Of a stretch of 43,917 nt of DNA, positions 1 to 8,875 are shown piece after piece. The stretch's first letter is position 1. Each line of letters opens with the position of its first letter. The stretch covers positions 4,884-48,800 of the forward strand of contig CAYFHV010000001.1 in NCBI GenBank assembly GCA_964343105.1. The letters run 5' to 3'. This stretch comes from an uncultured Planctomycetia bacterium. GTDB lineage: Bacteria; Omnitrophota; Gorgyraeia; 1-14-0-20-64-10. The notes under the pieces were generated by a model. The model worked only from the letters and a program-made list of their open reading frames with translations, was not told where the DNA came from and did not search any database. The position numbers and the translations under genes are program-made.

Positions 1-388
1 TGTTTCTTCGGTACACGGGCCTTTTTTCTTCTTGCCCCGCCGGCGGGCGGCGCGATAGGATAAAGCAAAGGATTTCGCCCACCGTGAAGGCACCGTGGTT
101 TGAATTTACCCTCAGCAGGCCGATGGTGATCGGGATAGGGATCGGGCTCGCGCTGGGGGCGCTGCTGCGAACGATTCTGCTGGCTGGATGACCCGGCTCG
201 GAATGGCGGAGGAATTGTGCCCGCTTCCTGCGGGGTTTTGAAAGTGGAATTTTGGGAGGGGGGCGGGAGGTTTGGGTGGAGGAGCTGTTGGGGGAGTTGG
301 CGTGGTGGAGAGATTTACATAAGGTACATTATCAGACGTTAGCCACACGCGCAGCCGCTGGCTGGCTGCCCTCCATCTCGAAATTAAT

Positions 389-1354
389 TCAGACCGGTGG
401 GTGCGTGGTCGAGCTCTCGGCCACGAGCTCTGCGTTGCGGAGGAGGCCCTCGCGCTTGGCCCGCATGAGCGGCGTGCCGGCGAAGCGGGAGAGGAACTGG
501 GCAGATGTGCGGATGGCAGAGACCCGATCAAGCGGCAGGAACGCCCCTGCCCCGGAGGCGGGGTCGAATTCAGGCCAGTGGGGGGCAGGGTGGGCTTGGC
601 GGTTGTAGGGGCAGACCTCCTGGCAGATGTCGCAGCCGAAGAGCCAATCCCCTGGGAGGGGGCGAAGGTCGGGGGGAATCGGCCCCCGGTGTTCGATCGT
701 GAGGTAGGAGATGCAGCGGGTCGCGTCGAGCTGGTAGGCTGAAACCAAAGCCCCTGTGGGACAGGCCTGCAGGCAGAGGGTGCAGGAACCGCAATCCCAG
801 GAGATGGGGCTGTCCGTCACCAGGTCAAGATTGGTGAGCAGCAGCGCAAGGAAGAAGAAGGAGCCGCCGTTGGGCATGATGAGGCAGCTGTTCTTTCCGA
901 AAAAACCGAGCCCGGCCGCCTCAGCCAGAACCTTTTCCTGCAGCGGACCTTTATCCACGCTCACCTGGAGGACGGCGTCCGGAGCCCTCTGCCGGATGAA
1001 ATCAGCCAATCGTCGGAGCCGCTTCCGGATCACCCGATGGTAGTCCCGGCCCTGTGCGTAGCGGGCGATCCGTCCGGATCCGGCTGGCACCGGGCCTGAA
1101 GGGACCCGGCCGCGGGCATAGGGGGCGGCCAGCACGAGGATCCCCTTGAGGTTCGGGAAGCGGCTCAGCAGCCGTTCCTGCCGCTCGAGGAGGTGATTCA
1201 TGTACTGCATGGTTCCTGCCCGCCCGGCGTCCCTCCACAACAGGTACTCCCTCCGCCTGAGGCCAAGGGAGGCGACGTCCGTGACTCCGACGGCTGTGAA
1301 GCCGAGCCGAAGCGCCTCGGCCCGGATACCCTGGGTGAGTTCAGCCAGTTCCAC
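389..1354 (-). CDS. queG: epoxyqueuosine reductase (QueG-like)
   Basis: 321-aa ORF with two ferredoxin-type cluster motifs (CGSCTLCLQACPTG and CDICQEVCPYN) in a QueG-like layout. Its GTG start overlaps the TAG of the upstream sensor gene by 1 nt. Confidence 0.8.
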   Translation of the reverse strand: MELAELTQGIRAEALRLGFTAVGVTDVASLGLRRREYLLWRDAGRAGTMQYMNHLLERQERLLSRFPNLKGILVLAAPYARGRVPSGPVPAGSGRIARYAQGRDYHRVIRKRLRRLADFIRQRAPDAVLQVSVDKGPLQEKVLAEAAGLGFFGKNSCLIMPNGGSFFFLALLLTNLDLVTDSPISWDCGSCTLCLQACPTGALVSAYQLDATRCISYLTIEHRGPIPPDLRPLPGDWLFGCDICQEVCPYNRQAHPAPHWPEFDPASGAGAFLPLDRVSAIRTSAQFLSRFAGTPLMRAKREGLLRNAELVAESSTTHPPV

Positions 1355-3735
1355 TAGGCGGCGTGGTGACCTGCCAGCTGAGGACCTTCCTTCTCGATCA
1401 ACTGGGCGAATGCCTCGACGTGGGCGGGATTGAACTGGGTGCCGGATCCTTTCCGGATCTCCGCAAGCGCCTCCTGCCCGGTCAGGGGCTTGTTGTAGCC
1501 CCGGTGGGTGGTCATGGCATCGAAGGCGTCGGCGATGGCGATGACCTGGGCTCCGTTGGGGATGAATTCCCCTGTGAGCCCGTGCGGGTATCCGCGCCCG
1601 TCGTACCGTTCGTGATGGTGATAGATCAGCGTGGTGATCGGCTTGAAGAACTTCATTGGCTCCAGGATCCGGGCCCCCATGCTCAGGTGCTGCTTGATGA
1701 CGTTCTTCTCCTCCTCCGTGAGGGGGCCGATCTTATGGAGCACTTCATCGGGAAGGCCGATCTTGCCGATGTCGTGCAGGAGCGCCGCTTCACGGATCGC
1801 CTCCATCTCCTCACCGGGAAGGCCCATCACCTCGGCCAGCCGGGTCGAGTAGCGGGAGACCCTTTCCAGGTGGCCGGCGGTGTATTCGTCCTTTGTCTCC
1901 AGGGCCATGATGAGCGCCTTGGTGACCTCGAGGAAGTTGCCCTCCATCTCCTTATGGGCTTGCCGCAGATCCGCGAGCGCCTTTTCCAGCGCCCTGTTCC
2001 TGTCCTCCAGTTCGCCGGCCACGTATTCCAGCGGCTCCTGGGAACCTGCGATCGCGGCCGGATCGGCGACCTCGAGTGCCACACGGTCCGCGGCCGGATC
2101 GAAGAGCTCCAGCAGCGCGCGCCCCTTCGCCTTGGCACGGGCGGCGGCCGACTCTGCCGCCCGGATCAGGGCGCCCGGCGTGCGGATCGAGCCCTGATCC
2201 GTTGACGCCAGGCCAATGCCCCACGGGGCGGGGCTTGTTTCCACCCGGGCCAGCTCCTGCTGGAGGCGTTGCGCCCATTCCCTGCCCTGCCCGAGGGTCG
2301 TCCGCTGGAGGAGTATCCCTACACGGTCCTCGCCCAGATGCCCGATCAGGGACCGGCGCGGCTGCAGCCGCTGCAGGACCTCCGTGAAGGAACGAACCCG
2401 CCGGCGTACCTCGCTCCAGTCGGATCCCTGGAGGATCTCGGAGGGAGATTCATAGCGCACCACGGCCACCGCCATCGGCTGGCGTGCGAGGCGCCGGGCG
2501 GGCCAGAGGGTCTCGAGGTGGAGGCGAAAATAACGGCTGGTGTATGCCCCGGTGTCGGGATGGGTCACCACGTGGCGATGCAGCCGGACCAGCTGAGCCA
2601 GCAGGATCAGGTAGCGGTAGAGGATGCCGGCGCCCCACGCCGACGCAGCAAGGATCAGGATGCTCAGCGATTCGGTGCGGAGGTTGAGGGCCGCGAAGCA
2701 GTAGAAGCCGACCAGGGCCGCCACCGCCGCCCACAGGGCGGCGGCCACGGCTCCGATGGCCAGCGGAGCCGCGGTGGTGATGAGGAGGATCGAGGTGACG
2801 AAGAGCCAGCCGATCAGGAACAGGGGCAGGAAGCGCGGAGGGTGGATGAAGCGCTCCGACAAGATGGTCAGGATGCCGTTCGCGCTGATGACGACGCCGG
2901 GCAGAAGGCCCAGAGGGGTGGGGTAGATGTCGTGGGTGATTTCGCTGGCGGAGCCGACCAGGACGATCTTGTCGCGGATCCGTTCGGGTGCCACCTCACC
3001 GCGGAGCACCTGCCAGAAGGAGACGCGCGGGATCTGGCGCAGATTCACCAGGTAGTTGATGGACAGGGCGCCGGGCAGCTCGAGGGGGATCCGCCTTGAG
3101 CCGATGGTCAGAGATCGAAGATCAAGGCGCAGCTGATCCGCTGGGATCCCCTGCGCCAGGGTTGCCGAGCGGATCTCAATCGAGTAAATCGGCTCCTCAT
3201 GGAGGGGGACCCGGATGCCGGCAAAGAGCCTGCGGACGGTCAAATCTACGTCCCGGGGTTTGTTGATCAACCCCACCTGCCCTCCCACCTCGGTAAAGAG
3301 CGGCAGAGGGAATACGGGGTCACCGTGCCGGTCCATGTAGCAGGCCAGCAGAACCGGCGGAGCCTGCTGGATCGCCTGGGCGAGGGCCTGGTCGTGGGCC
3401 GGCTGGCTGGCGCCCGCCAGGACCAAGTCAAAGGCGACAATCCGGGGAGAGCTTGCGGAGACGCGCGCGAGGAACTCCGCCAGGATGCTGCGCTCCCAGG
3501 GCCATTTCTTTCCCATCCTCCGCTGGGACTCCTCGTCAATGGTCACGAGGAGGATGTCCTGCACCTCGGGAGGGGTTGGCCAGAGGCGGTTGCGCAGGCG
3601 GCAGTAGCTGTCATACGAGCGAAGCCGCGCCCCCTCGAGGAAGCCGGCAGGGACTAGGATGGCCAGGTAGGCCAGAGAGAGGACCAACCCGATGAAGGCC
3701 AGCCGGACCGAATGTTCGAACTTCCCCAACTTCAT
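1354..3735 (-). CDS. membrane sensor: CHASE2 domain, TM segments, degenerate GGDEF-like domain, HD-GYP phosphodiesterase domain
   Basis: The N-terminal TM segment and periplasmic region look CHASE2-like (LLVTIDEES...WPWER). A block of hydrophobic helices follows. In the GGDEF-like domain the signature reads HLGEDRVG instead of GGDEF. The C-terminal part carries HD-GYP motifs (LLHDIGKIGLP ... HHERYDGRGYPHGL). Start taken at the ATG at 3735; the alternative GTG at 3768 is not excluded. Confidence 0.82.
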   Translation of the reverse strand: MKLGKFEHSVRLAFIGLVLSLAYLAILVPAGFLEGARLRSYDSYCRLRNRLWPTPPEVQDILLVTIDEESQRRMGKKWPWERSILAEFLARVSASSPRIVAFDLVLAGASQPAHDQALAQAIQQAPPVLLACYMDRHGDPVFPLPLFTEVGGQVGLINKPRDVDLTVRRLFAGIRVPLHEEPIYSIEIRSATLAQGIPADQLRLDLRSLTIGSRRIPLELPGALSINYLVNLRQIPRVSFWQVLRGEVAPERIRDKIVLVGSASEITHDIYPTPLGLLPGVVISANGILTILSERFIHPPRFLPLFLIGWLFVTSILLITTAAPLAIGAVAAALWAAVAALVGFYCFAALNLRTESLSILILAASAWGAGILYRYLILLAQLVRLHRHVVTHPDTGAYTSRYFRLHLETLWPARRLARQPMAVAVVRYESPSEILQGSDWSEVRRRVRSFTEVLQRLQPRRSLIGHLGEDRVGILLQRTTLGQGREWAQRLQQELARVETSPAPWGIGLASTDQGSIRTPGALIRAAESAAARAKAKGRALLELFDPAADRVALEVADPAAIAGSQEPLEYVAGELEDRNRALEKALADLRQAHKEMEGNFLEVTKALIMALETKDEYTAGHLERVSRYSTRLAEVMGLPGEEMEAIREAALLHDIGKIGLPDEVLHKIGPLTEEEKNVIKQHLSMGARILEPMKFFKPITTLIYHHHERYDGRGYPHGLTGEFIPNGAQVIAIADAFDAMTTHRGYNKPLTGQEALAEIRKGSGTQFNPAHVEAFAQLIEKEGPQLAGHHAA

Positions 3736-3792
3736 GTGCGGCCTTTGGTTCCAGGGTAAGCTTATCACAGGGCTCGCGGCGGCGTCAAAGCC

Positions 3793-3822
3793 TTGACTTT
3801 TGATCTTTTGACAGGGTATCTT
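3793..3822 (+). promoter_or_regulatory. candidate sigma70-type promoter for the orphan pilin-like gene (TTGACT-N18-TATCTT)
   Basis: This is the only AT-rich stretch in the 3769-3901 intergenic region. TTGACT sits at 3793-3798 and TATCTT at 3817-3822. A GGGGGAG Shine-Dalgarno lies 5 nt before the ATG at 3902. Motif match only. Confidence 0.3.
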
Positions 3823-3901
3823 TGCAAAGGAGGTTCGTATTCCTGGGGAAAACCAGAGAGTCTAGGGCATTTGCGCATTTGACACAAAAGGGGGAGATGC
3901 G

Positions 3902-4543
3902 ATGAGCCGAAGGGCCTTCACGGTCTTGGAGATGATGGTGGCGGTGGTGATCATCACGATCCTCGTCTCGATGGCGACGCTGGGTTACCAGGGGTACAGG
4001 GACCGTGCGGCGATGCTGGTGGACGAGACGAACCAGAAGATCCTGCAGGGGGCGGTGAAGCTGTACGCCTATGACAACAACGCGCTTCCGGCTTCGCTGA
4101 GTGAGCTTCGTCCGGGTGACGTGCAGCGGGCCTACGCGCTGGTGACGAGCGGGAAGGAGCGGTACACCCTTCTGGCGCATCTGAAGGAATCGGTTTGGGG
4201 AGGTGTGGCACACGCCCAGGAAGAGGATCGTTTGGAGGGCCGATACTACAACAACGACGCAAAGGTGCTGGACTGCCCGTCGGATTCAACCAGCCCTACT
4301 TTGACCGGGGGGGTATCCTACAGCATTGCACCCTTCTGGAGAAATCAGGCGAACAGGACGTTGCGGGCGCTGCTGAATCCGGCCAACGCGGACCGGGAAC
4401 TTCTCATCGAAGCCGATACGCGGAATGCGGCCGCGCCGGTCTTCCGGCATGGAAGAGGGCGGATTTCCGTTGAGGTCACGGCGGGCGGCACTGTCCGTCG
4501 GCGCGAGAAACCTCCAGATGATGGACCGGATGGACCGGGTTGA
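3902..4543 (+). CDS. prepilin-type N-terminal cleavage/methylation domain protein (orphan pilin/pseudopilin-like)
   Basis: N-terminus MSRRAFTVLEMMVAVVIITILVSMA has a short basic leader, then F-T-x-x-E and a hydrophobic helix. A good SD precedes the ATG. Position -1 is Ala rather than Gly. Confidence 0.7.
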   Translation: MSRRAFTVLEMMVAVVIITILVSMATLGYQGYRDRAAMLVDETNQKILQGAVKLYAYDNNALPASLSELRPGDVQRAYALVTSGKERYTLLAHLKESVWGGVAHAQEEDRLEGRYYNNDAKVLDCPSDSTSPTLTGGVSYSIAPFWRNQANRTLRALLNPANADRELLIEADTRNAAAPVFRHGRGRISVEVTAGGTVRRREKPPDDGPDGPG

Positions 4544-4586
4544 GGAAGGCGCCGGGGCTTGCTCCATCAGCCCCTCCGGCTCCTGA

Positions 4587-6605
4587 TTAAGACAGCTCAG
4601 GCTCCGCGGCTGAGAGCTCCTCCCCCACCCTCCAGAGCTCGAAGAGATCCTCCGGCAGCTCCTCGATGAACAGAGAGGGCCGCATCAGGACCTCTCCCCG
4701 CTGATAGCTGTACCGCGTGAGGGGATAGGTCAGATAAAGCTCCCGCTTGGTGCGAGTGACAGCCACGTAGAAGAGCCGCCTCTCCTCCTCCAGGGCGGCC
4801 GGGTCGTCCAGGGACTTCGGATGAGGAAACTGGCCCTCGGATAGCCCGATGAGAAAGAGCGCTCCCCACTCCAGACCCTTGGCCTGGTGGATGGTTGAGA
4901 GGACGAGGAGCTCGTCCGGCTCCGCCCAGCCCTTGAGCGTCTCCCCCCTGAAGGGTTCCCGGAGCGTCAGGTCCTGCACGAACCGCTCGGCCGATTCGTA
5001 GTTCGCCGCCAGGTTGATAAGCTGCTCCAGATCCTCCCGCCGGTCCCGCGCATCCTCGAACCGGCTCTCCAGGGAGGATTCGTAGCCGGAACGCAGGACG
5101 GCGAGGAGAAGCGCCGCCGGCTGTCGCTCGGCCCCTGAACCGCTGGAGAGGTCCCGCAAAAGCCGGTTCAGCCGCTCCCAGGATGGACGCGCCCGGACCG
5201 GAAGGGTCCCCCCTGCCCTGCCGGAACAGGCCTCCTGGAGTGGATCCGGGCTCCGGGAGATCCAGTCCCAGATCCTTCGGGCGAATGCGGTGCCGATGCC
5301 CTCCTGCAGGCGGAGGATCCGTTCCCAGGCCAGCTCATCCCGCGGGTTGATTAGGATCCGCAGGAACGCCAGGACATCCTTGATGTGGGCCTGCTCAAAG
5401 AAGCGGACTCCGCCGCGGACGAGGTAGGGGATGTTCCGTTTGGCCAGCTCAAGCTCGAGCTCCGCGGCCTGAAAACGGGCACGGAAGAGCACGGCCATCT
5501 CCTTCAGGGGCGTTCCTTCCTCGCGCAGCTCCAGCACCCGCTGGGCCACGAAGCCGGCCTGCTGGCGGGCGTTGTTCAGAGGGACCAGGGCCGGGAGCGC
5601 GCCGGTTCCGGAGACGCCGCGCAGCTGCTTGGGGAATTGGTGCTGGTTGAGGGCGATGGAGGAATTGGCCAGCCGAAGGATCTCCGGGGTGGAGCGATAG
5701 TTGGTTTCCAGCCGGTGGATCGTGGTGCCTGGAAAGGCGTCGGGAAAGTCCAGCAGATTGCGCAGGTCCGCTCCCCGGAAGGCGTAGATGGACTGCGCGT
5801 CGTCCCCGACCACGAGGACATTCCGGTGGAGCGAGGAGAGGGCGCGGATCAGCTCAAACTGCAGTCGATTGGTGTCCTGATACTCGTCGACGAGGATGGT
5901 CCGGAAGCGCTGCCCGTACTCCTCCCGCAGGCGGGGATGGTCCGTGAAAAGCCGCAGCCACTCCGTCAGGAGATCATCGTAATCCATGAGATTGCCGCGG
6001 AGCTTCCGCTGCCGGTAGGTCTGAGCGACCTGCTCGATGAAGGAGAGCTGATCCAGGAACTGGGGTGCATGGCCGGCGACGACTTCCTCCAGCGGGCGCC
6101 GGGTGTTTGCGGAGAGGCTGAACAGCTTTTCCAGCACGGAGGCCTGGGGCAGCCGGGTTTGGGTGAAGTTCGGCTTCAGAGCGCTCCCGCAGGAAGCGAT
6201 GAGATCCTTCGCGTCCTCTTCATCGAGGATTCCGAACGTGGGGGTGCGGCCCACACATTCGGAATGCCGGCGCAGCAGGAGGTTTCCAACGTGGTGGAAC
6301 GTTCCTCCCCAGAGCCCCTCCGGCGGGGCGCCGAGGATGCGCTCGACGCGGTCGAGCATCTCACGCGCCGCCTTGACCGTGAAGGTGACAAGAAGGATCT
6401 GCGGGGGAGGAACCCCCTGGTCGAGGAGGTAGGCCACGCGGTAAGTCAACGTCCTTGTCTTTCCACTGCCTGGGCCGGCCAGGACCAGGGTGGGGCCGGG
6501 CTTAGAGGTAACCACCTGGAGCTGCTCCGGGTTCAGCTCCTTCTCGTAGGGGATGGATCGGCCGCCCTGGACGGGAGGCCTCCGCAGGGTGTATCGCTGA
6601 GCCAT
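4587..6605 (-). CDS. UvrD/PcrA/Rep-family ATP-dependent DNA helicase
   Basis: 672 aa with Walker A (AGPGSGKT), DEYQDT (motif II), VGDDAQSIYAFRGA, and the C-terminal YVAVTRTKRELYL motif. Confidence 0.9.
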   Translation of the reverse strand: MAQRYTLRRPPVQGGRSIPYEKELNPEQLQVVTSKPGPTLVLAGPGSGKTRTLTYRVAYLLDQGVPPPQILLVTFTVKAAREMLDRVERILGAPPEGLWGGTFHHVGNLLLRRHSECVGRTPTFGILDEEDAKDLIASCGSALKPNFTQTRLPQASVLEKLFSLSANTRRPLEEVVAGHAPQFLDQLSFIEQVAQTYRQRKLRGNLMDYDDLLTEWLRLFTDHPRLREEYGQRFRTILVDEYQDTNRLQFELIRALSSLHRNVLVVGDDAQSIYAFRGADLRNLLDFPDAFPGTTIHRLETNYRSTPEILRLANSSIALNQHQFPKQLRGVSGTGALPALVPLNNARQQAGFVAQRVLELREEGTPLKEMAVLFRARFQAAELELELAKRNIPYLVRGGVRFFEQAHIKDVLAFLRILINPRDELAWERILRLQEGIGTAFARRIWDWISRSPDPLQEACSGRAGGTLPVRARPSWERLNRLLRDLSSGSGAERQPAALLLAVLRSGYESSLESRFEDARDRREDLEQLINLAANYESAERFVQDLTLREPFRGETLKGWAEPDELLVLSTIHQAKGLEWGALFLIGLSEGQFPHPKSLDDPAALEEERRLFYVAVTRTKRELYLTYPLTRYSYQRGEVLMRPSLFIEELPEDLFELWRVGEELSAAEPELS

Positions 6606-6612
6606 CAGCCGG

Positions 6613-7194
6613 TCAGGCAGAGGGCCGCGCTCTCCGCTGGGATCGGGACCTGGCGCGTCGAGGCCTGCGGATGCGGGGACGGCCCCGCGGACGGGATTTC
6701 TTCTTGCGGCGCAGCGCCTCCCTGCGCCGGCGCAGGCGGAGTTGCCGCCGCTTGCGGCGACGGAGAAGCTCCAGGCGGCGCCGGCGCCGCTTGGCAGCGA
6801 GACGCTGCTTGAGGGCCCGATAGCCGGCCTGGATGGCCGAGCGTTCCTCCTCCTGCAGATGGGTCAGGAATCCGGAGAGTTCGGCCTCGTCCTTGCCCTG
6901 GAATTCCTTGAAGAAGACCCCGATCTCGTAGGCGCCATCCGGGTGCGGCTGCGAGAGCTGCTCGCATCGGATGACCGTGCCGTTCGCCACGAGCGGGTTC
7001 GCTTTCTCCGGGATGTTGAGAAGGCATTGGACGGACTGAACTTGCGAGACGGAGGAATCGCCGTAAGCGGATACGCCCAGGAGGCTGATGTTTCGGGTAA
7101 AGCCACGGATCTCCTGGCCGTTATCACGCAAGACGAACGGCAGCCGGACCTTATAACGGGCGCGAAACCGCCGGTCGGTTCCCCGAAAGGTCAT
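6613..7194 (-). CDS. PilZ-domain protein with long poly-arginine C-terminal tail
   Basis: Both PilZ signature elements are present: RRFRAR (RRxxxR) and NISLLG ([DN]xSxxG). The last roughly 65 residues are about 60% Arg/Lys (KRRRRRLELLRRRKRRQLRLRRRREALRRKKKSRPRGRPRIRRPRRARSRSQRRAR). The stop lies 7 nt before the helicase ATG. Confidence 0.72.
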   Translation of the reverse strand: MTFRGTDRRFRARYKVRLPFVLRDNGQEIRGFTRNISLLGVSAYGDSSVSQVQSVQCLLNIPEKANPLVANGTVIRCEQLSQPHPDGAYEIGVFFKEFQGKDEAELSGFLTHLQEEERSAIQAGYRALKQRLAAKRRRRRLELLRRRKRRQLRLRRRREALRRKKKSRPRGRPRIRRPRRARSRSQRRARPSA

Positions 7195-7296
7195 CGGGAC
7201 CTTGCGCGGTGCGCCTTTCCGGAGGCCCGCCGCCTGCGGCGGCGTGCCCGTAGCTTGCGGGGTAGCTTCACGTGGCAGCTCCTTTTATTTTATTCG

Positions 7297-7319
7297 AGCG
7301 TGCTACACTATAGCACGCT
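7297..7319. promoter_or_regulatory. 9-bp perfect inverted repeat (AGCGTGCTA-N5-TAGCACGCT) in the divergent intergenic region
   Basis: Seen directly in the sequence. It sits next to the only AT-rich tract (7283-7296) between the PilZ-helicase operon (-) and the YkgJ-DUF2156 gene (+), which is an operator-like position. Confidence 0.35.
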
Positions 7320-7339
7320 ACGGCGGAGGGTGTAAAGGC

Positions 7340-8836
7340 GTGCCCGAAGAAGATCTCAACGTGGGGTTGACCTCCTTCATCCGCGGGGTGCCGCAGATTG
7401 TACCGGAGAGCTGGTGTCAGGAATGCCGGATCTGCTGTCGCTTCCCGGAGCAGGAGGGTGTCCAGCTGCCGACGTGGTCCGCCCGGGAGGCGGGATGGAT
7501 CCCTTCTCAGGCGGGGGGACGGGGCTGGCTGAAGGCCGAATCCGGCGGTCCCTCGCTGATTCCCCAGCTCCAGAGATGCGCCGCGGACCTGCACTGCCCC
7601 GCTTTCTCTCACGAAGGGAATCGCTGCACCATCCACCCCCTCCGTCCGCTGGACTGTCGGATCTATCCCTTCGCCCTTGCGCGGACGGCCGGCGGATCGC
7701 AGACGCTGTTGGCCATGGATATGAAGTGCCCCTACGTCCAGGCGCACGGATCCGATCCGGAGATGGCGGCCTATGCGCAGCGATTGGCGGAGTACCTGGA
7801 CAGCCCGGCGGGGCTGGCTTACGTCGAGGAAAACCCTCGGGTCGTCGGAAGGTTCTGGCCGGAGTTTGTGTCGGCTGCACCCCTTCCCCGCCTGGGGGCT
7901 CAGACCGCGGGCGCGGGACGGCCACTGCATCCGGCGCTTGCGCCCCTCACCGAGCGGGAGTTTCCTCTTCTGGAGGAGGCGGTGAGGAAGGGGGGGCACT
8001 GCTTCTCCGTCTACGCGCCTGCGGCGCTCCTGGGGTGGCGGGATCTCGCCCGATACGGGTGGACGGAGGTGAACGGCAGCTTTTGCCTGGTTGCCGAGGA
8101 GGGAGGCGGCTATTACATGCCCCTTCCCCCACTGGGAGATCGGCCGGACGCAGAGGCCTTCCGGCGCGCCTGGGATCTGCTGACCGAGCTGAACGGGGGA
8201 AGCGGCGTTTCCCGGATAGAGGGGATTGAACCGTGGGAGGTCTCGCGCTGGGCGGAAGCCGGATTTTCCTGGAGAATCGCTGAAGAGGAGTATTTCTACC
8301 GAACGGAGGAGCTCGTGAATCTTCGGGGGGATCGCTACCGCTCTCAGCGCTGGGCAGCCAACCGCTGTCTGCGGGAGGCCCGTCCCCATCTTCGCCCTTT
8401 CCGGGAGCAGGATCTTGTCCCCTGTCTGCAGCTCTACACGCAGTGGGCGATCCGGCAGCAGGCGCGCCATTCGGAGGACGGCCGGTTTCGAAGCTGGATC
8501 CGGGACGGCCTTTTCTTCCAGCGGCGCCTGATGATGGACTGCGGGAAATTTCAGCTGGCGGGGATGGTTGCGGAGAGTGGAGGATCGATTAGGGGTTATA
8601 CCTTCGGCGCGCCGGTTTCTCCCCTCGTTTTCTGCGTTCTTGCGGAGATCACCGACCGGACCGTCCCGGGGCTCTCCGCGCTGCTTTCACGGGAATTCTG
8701 CCGGATCTTCCGCCGGCATCCCTGGATGAACGCGATGGGAGATGGGGGGTTTGAGGGCCTGCGCCGCGCGAAGCTCAGCTACCGGCCGGCCGCTCGCTTC
8801 GGCCCGGTCGTGGTGGACCGGAGGGACTCCTCTTAA
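7340..8836 (+). CDS. fusion protein: YkgJ-type CxxCxxCC Zn/Fe-chelating domain plus DUF2156 (MprF/LysX C-terminal aminoacyl-tRNA transferase-like) domain
   Basis: The N-terminal part has CQECRICCRF followed by further Cys (CPAFSHEGNRCTIHPLRPLDCRIYPF). The C-terminal roughly 300 aa resemble DUF2156 (EEYFYRTEELVNLRGDRYRSQRWAANR ... GLRRAKLSYRP). Start set at the GTG at 7340, which has GGAGGG 9 nt upstream. The ORF is open from 7202. Confidence 0.68.
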   Translation: MPEEDLNVGLTSFIRGVPQIVPESWCQECRICCRFPEQEGVQLPTWSAREAGWIPSQAGGRGWLKAESGGPSLIPQLQRCAADLHCPAFSHEGNRCTIHPLRPLDCRIYPFALARTAGGSQTLLAMDMKCPYVQAHGSDPEMAAYAQRLAEYLDSPAGLAYVEENPRVVGRFWPEFVSAAPLPRLGAQTAGAGRPLHPALAPLTEREFPLLEEAVRKGGHCFSVYAPAALLGWRDLARYGWTEVNGSFCLVAEEGGGYYMPLPPLGDRPDAEAFRRAWDLLTELNGGSGVSRIEGIEPWEVSRWAEAGFSWRIAEEEYFYRTEELVNLRGDRYRSQRWAANRCLREARPHLRPFREQDLVPCLQLYTQWAIRQQARHSEDGRFRSWIRDGLFFQRRLMMDCGKFQLAGMVAESGGSIRGYTFGAPVSPLVFCVLAEITDRTVPGLSALLSREFCRIFRRHPWMNAMGDGGFEGLRRAKLSYRPAARFGPVVVDRRDSS

Positions 8837-8849
8837 GGAGAGGGACATT

Positions 8850-8872
8850 AGGGAGAACCATGGGTTCTCCCT
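8850..8872. terminator. perfect 10-bp palindromic hairpin (AGGGAGAACC-atg-GGTTCTCCCT) between convergent genes
   Basis: Seen directly, 14 nt after the TAA of the + strand gene. There is no clear U-tract on either strand, so terminator function is inferred from position only. Confidence 0.4.
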
Positions 8873-8875
8873 AAA

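Noticed and set aside
84-191. 35-codon hydrophobic mini-ORF (VKAPWFEFTLSRPMVIGIGIGLALGALLRTILLAG)
   Set aside because: There is no SD, no neighbour context and no second copy. It is too short to tell from chance.
112-608. 139-aa (-) and 118-aa (+) ORFs at the left end
   Set aside because: Both have Ser/Pro/Arg/Ala-rich low-complexity translations. They overlap each other and the queG 3' end, and carry no motifs.
3855-3885. Possible sigma54 (-24 GG / -12 GC) promoter upstream of the orphan pilin gene; also TGGCGC-N5-GCCA at 11028-11044
   Set aside because: The GG-to-GC spacing is off by 2 nt in both cases and the -12 TTGC element is missing. Neither is a credible RpoN site.
5385-6812. 475-aa plus-strand ORF antisense to the UvrD-family helicase and the PilZ gene
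   Set aside because: The translation is Gly/Arg/Ala/Pro-rich with no motifs, and it is fully embedded opposite a helicase with complete motif sets. Long open antisense frames are expected at this GC content.
7268-8470. 400-aa minus-strand ORF opposite the YkgJ-DUF2156 gene
   Set aside because: The plus-strand frame carries two recognisable domains and a plausible SD and start. The minus frame is Arg/Pro-rich without motifs.
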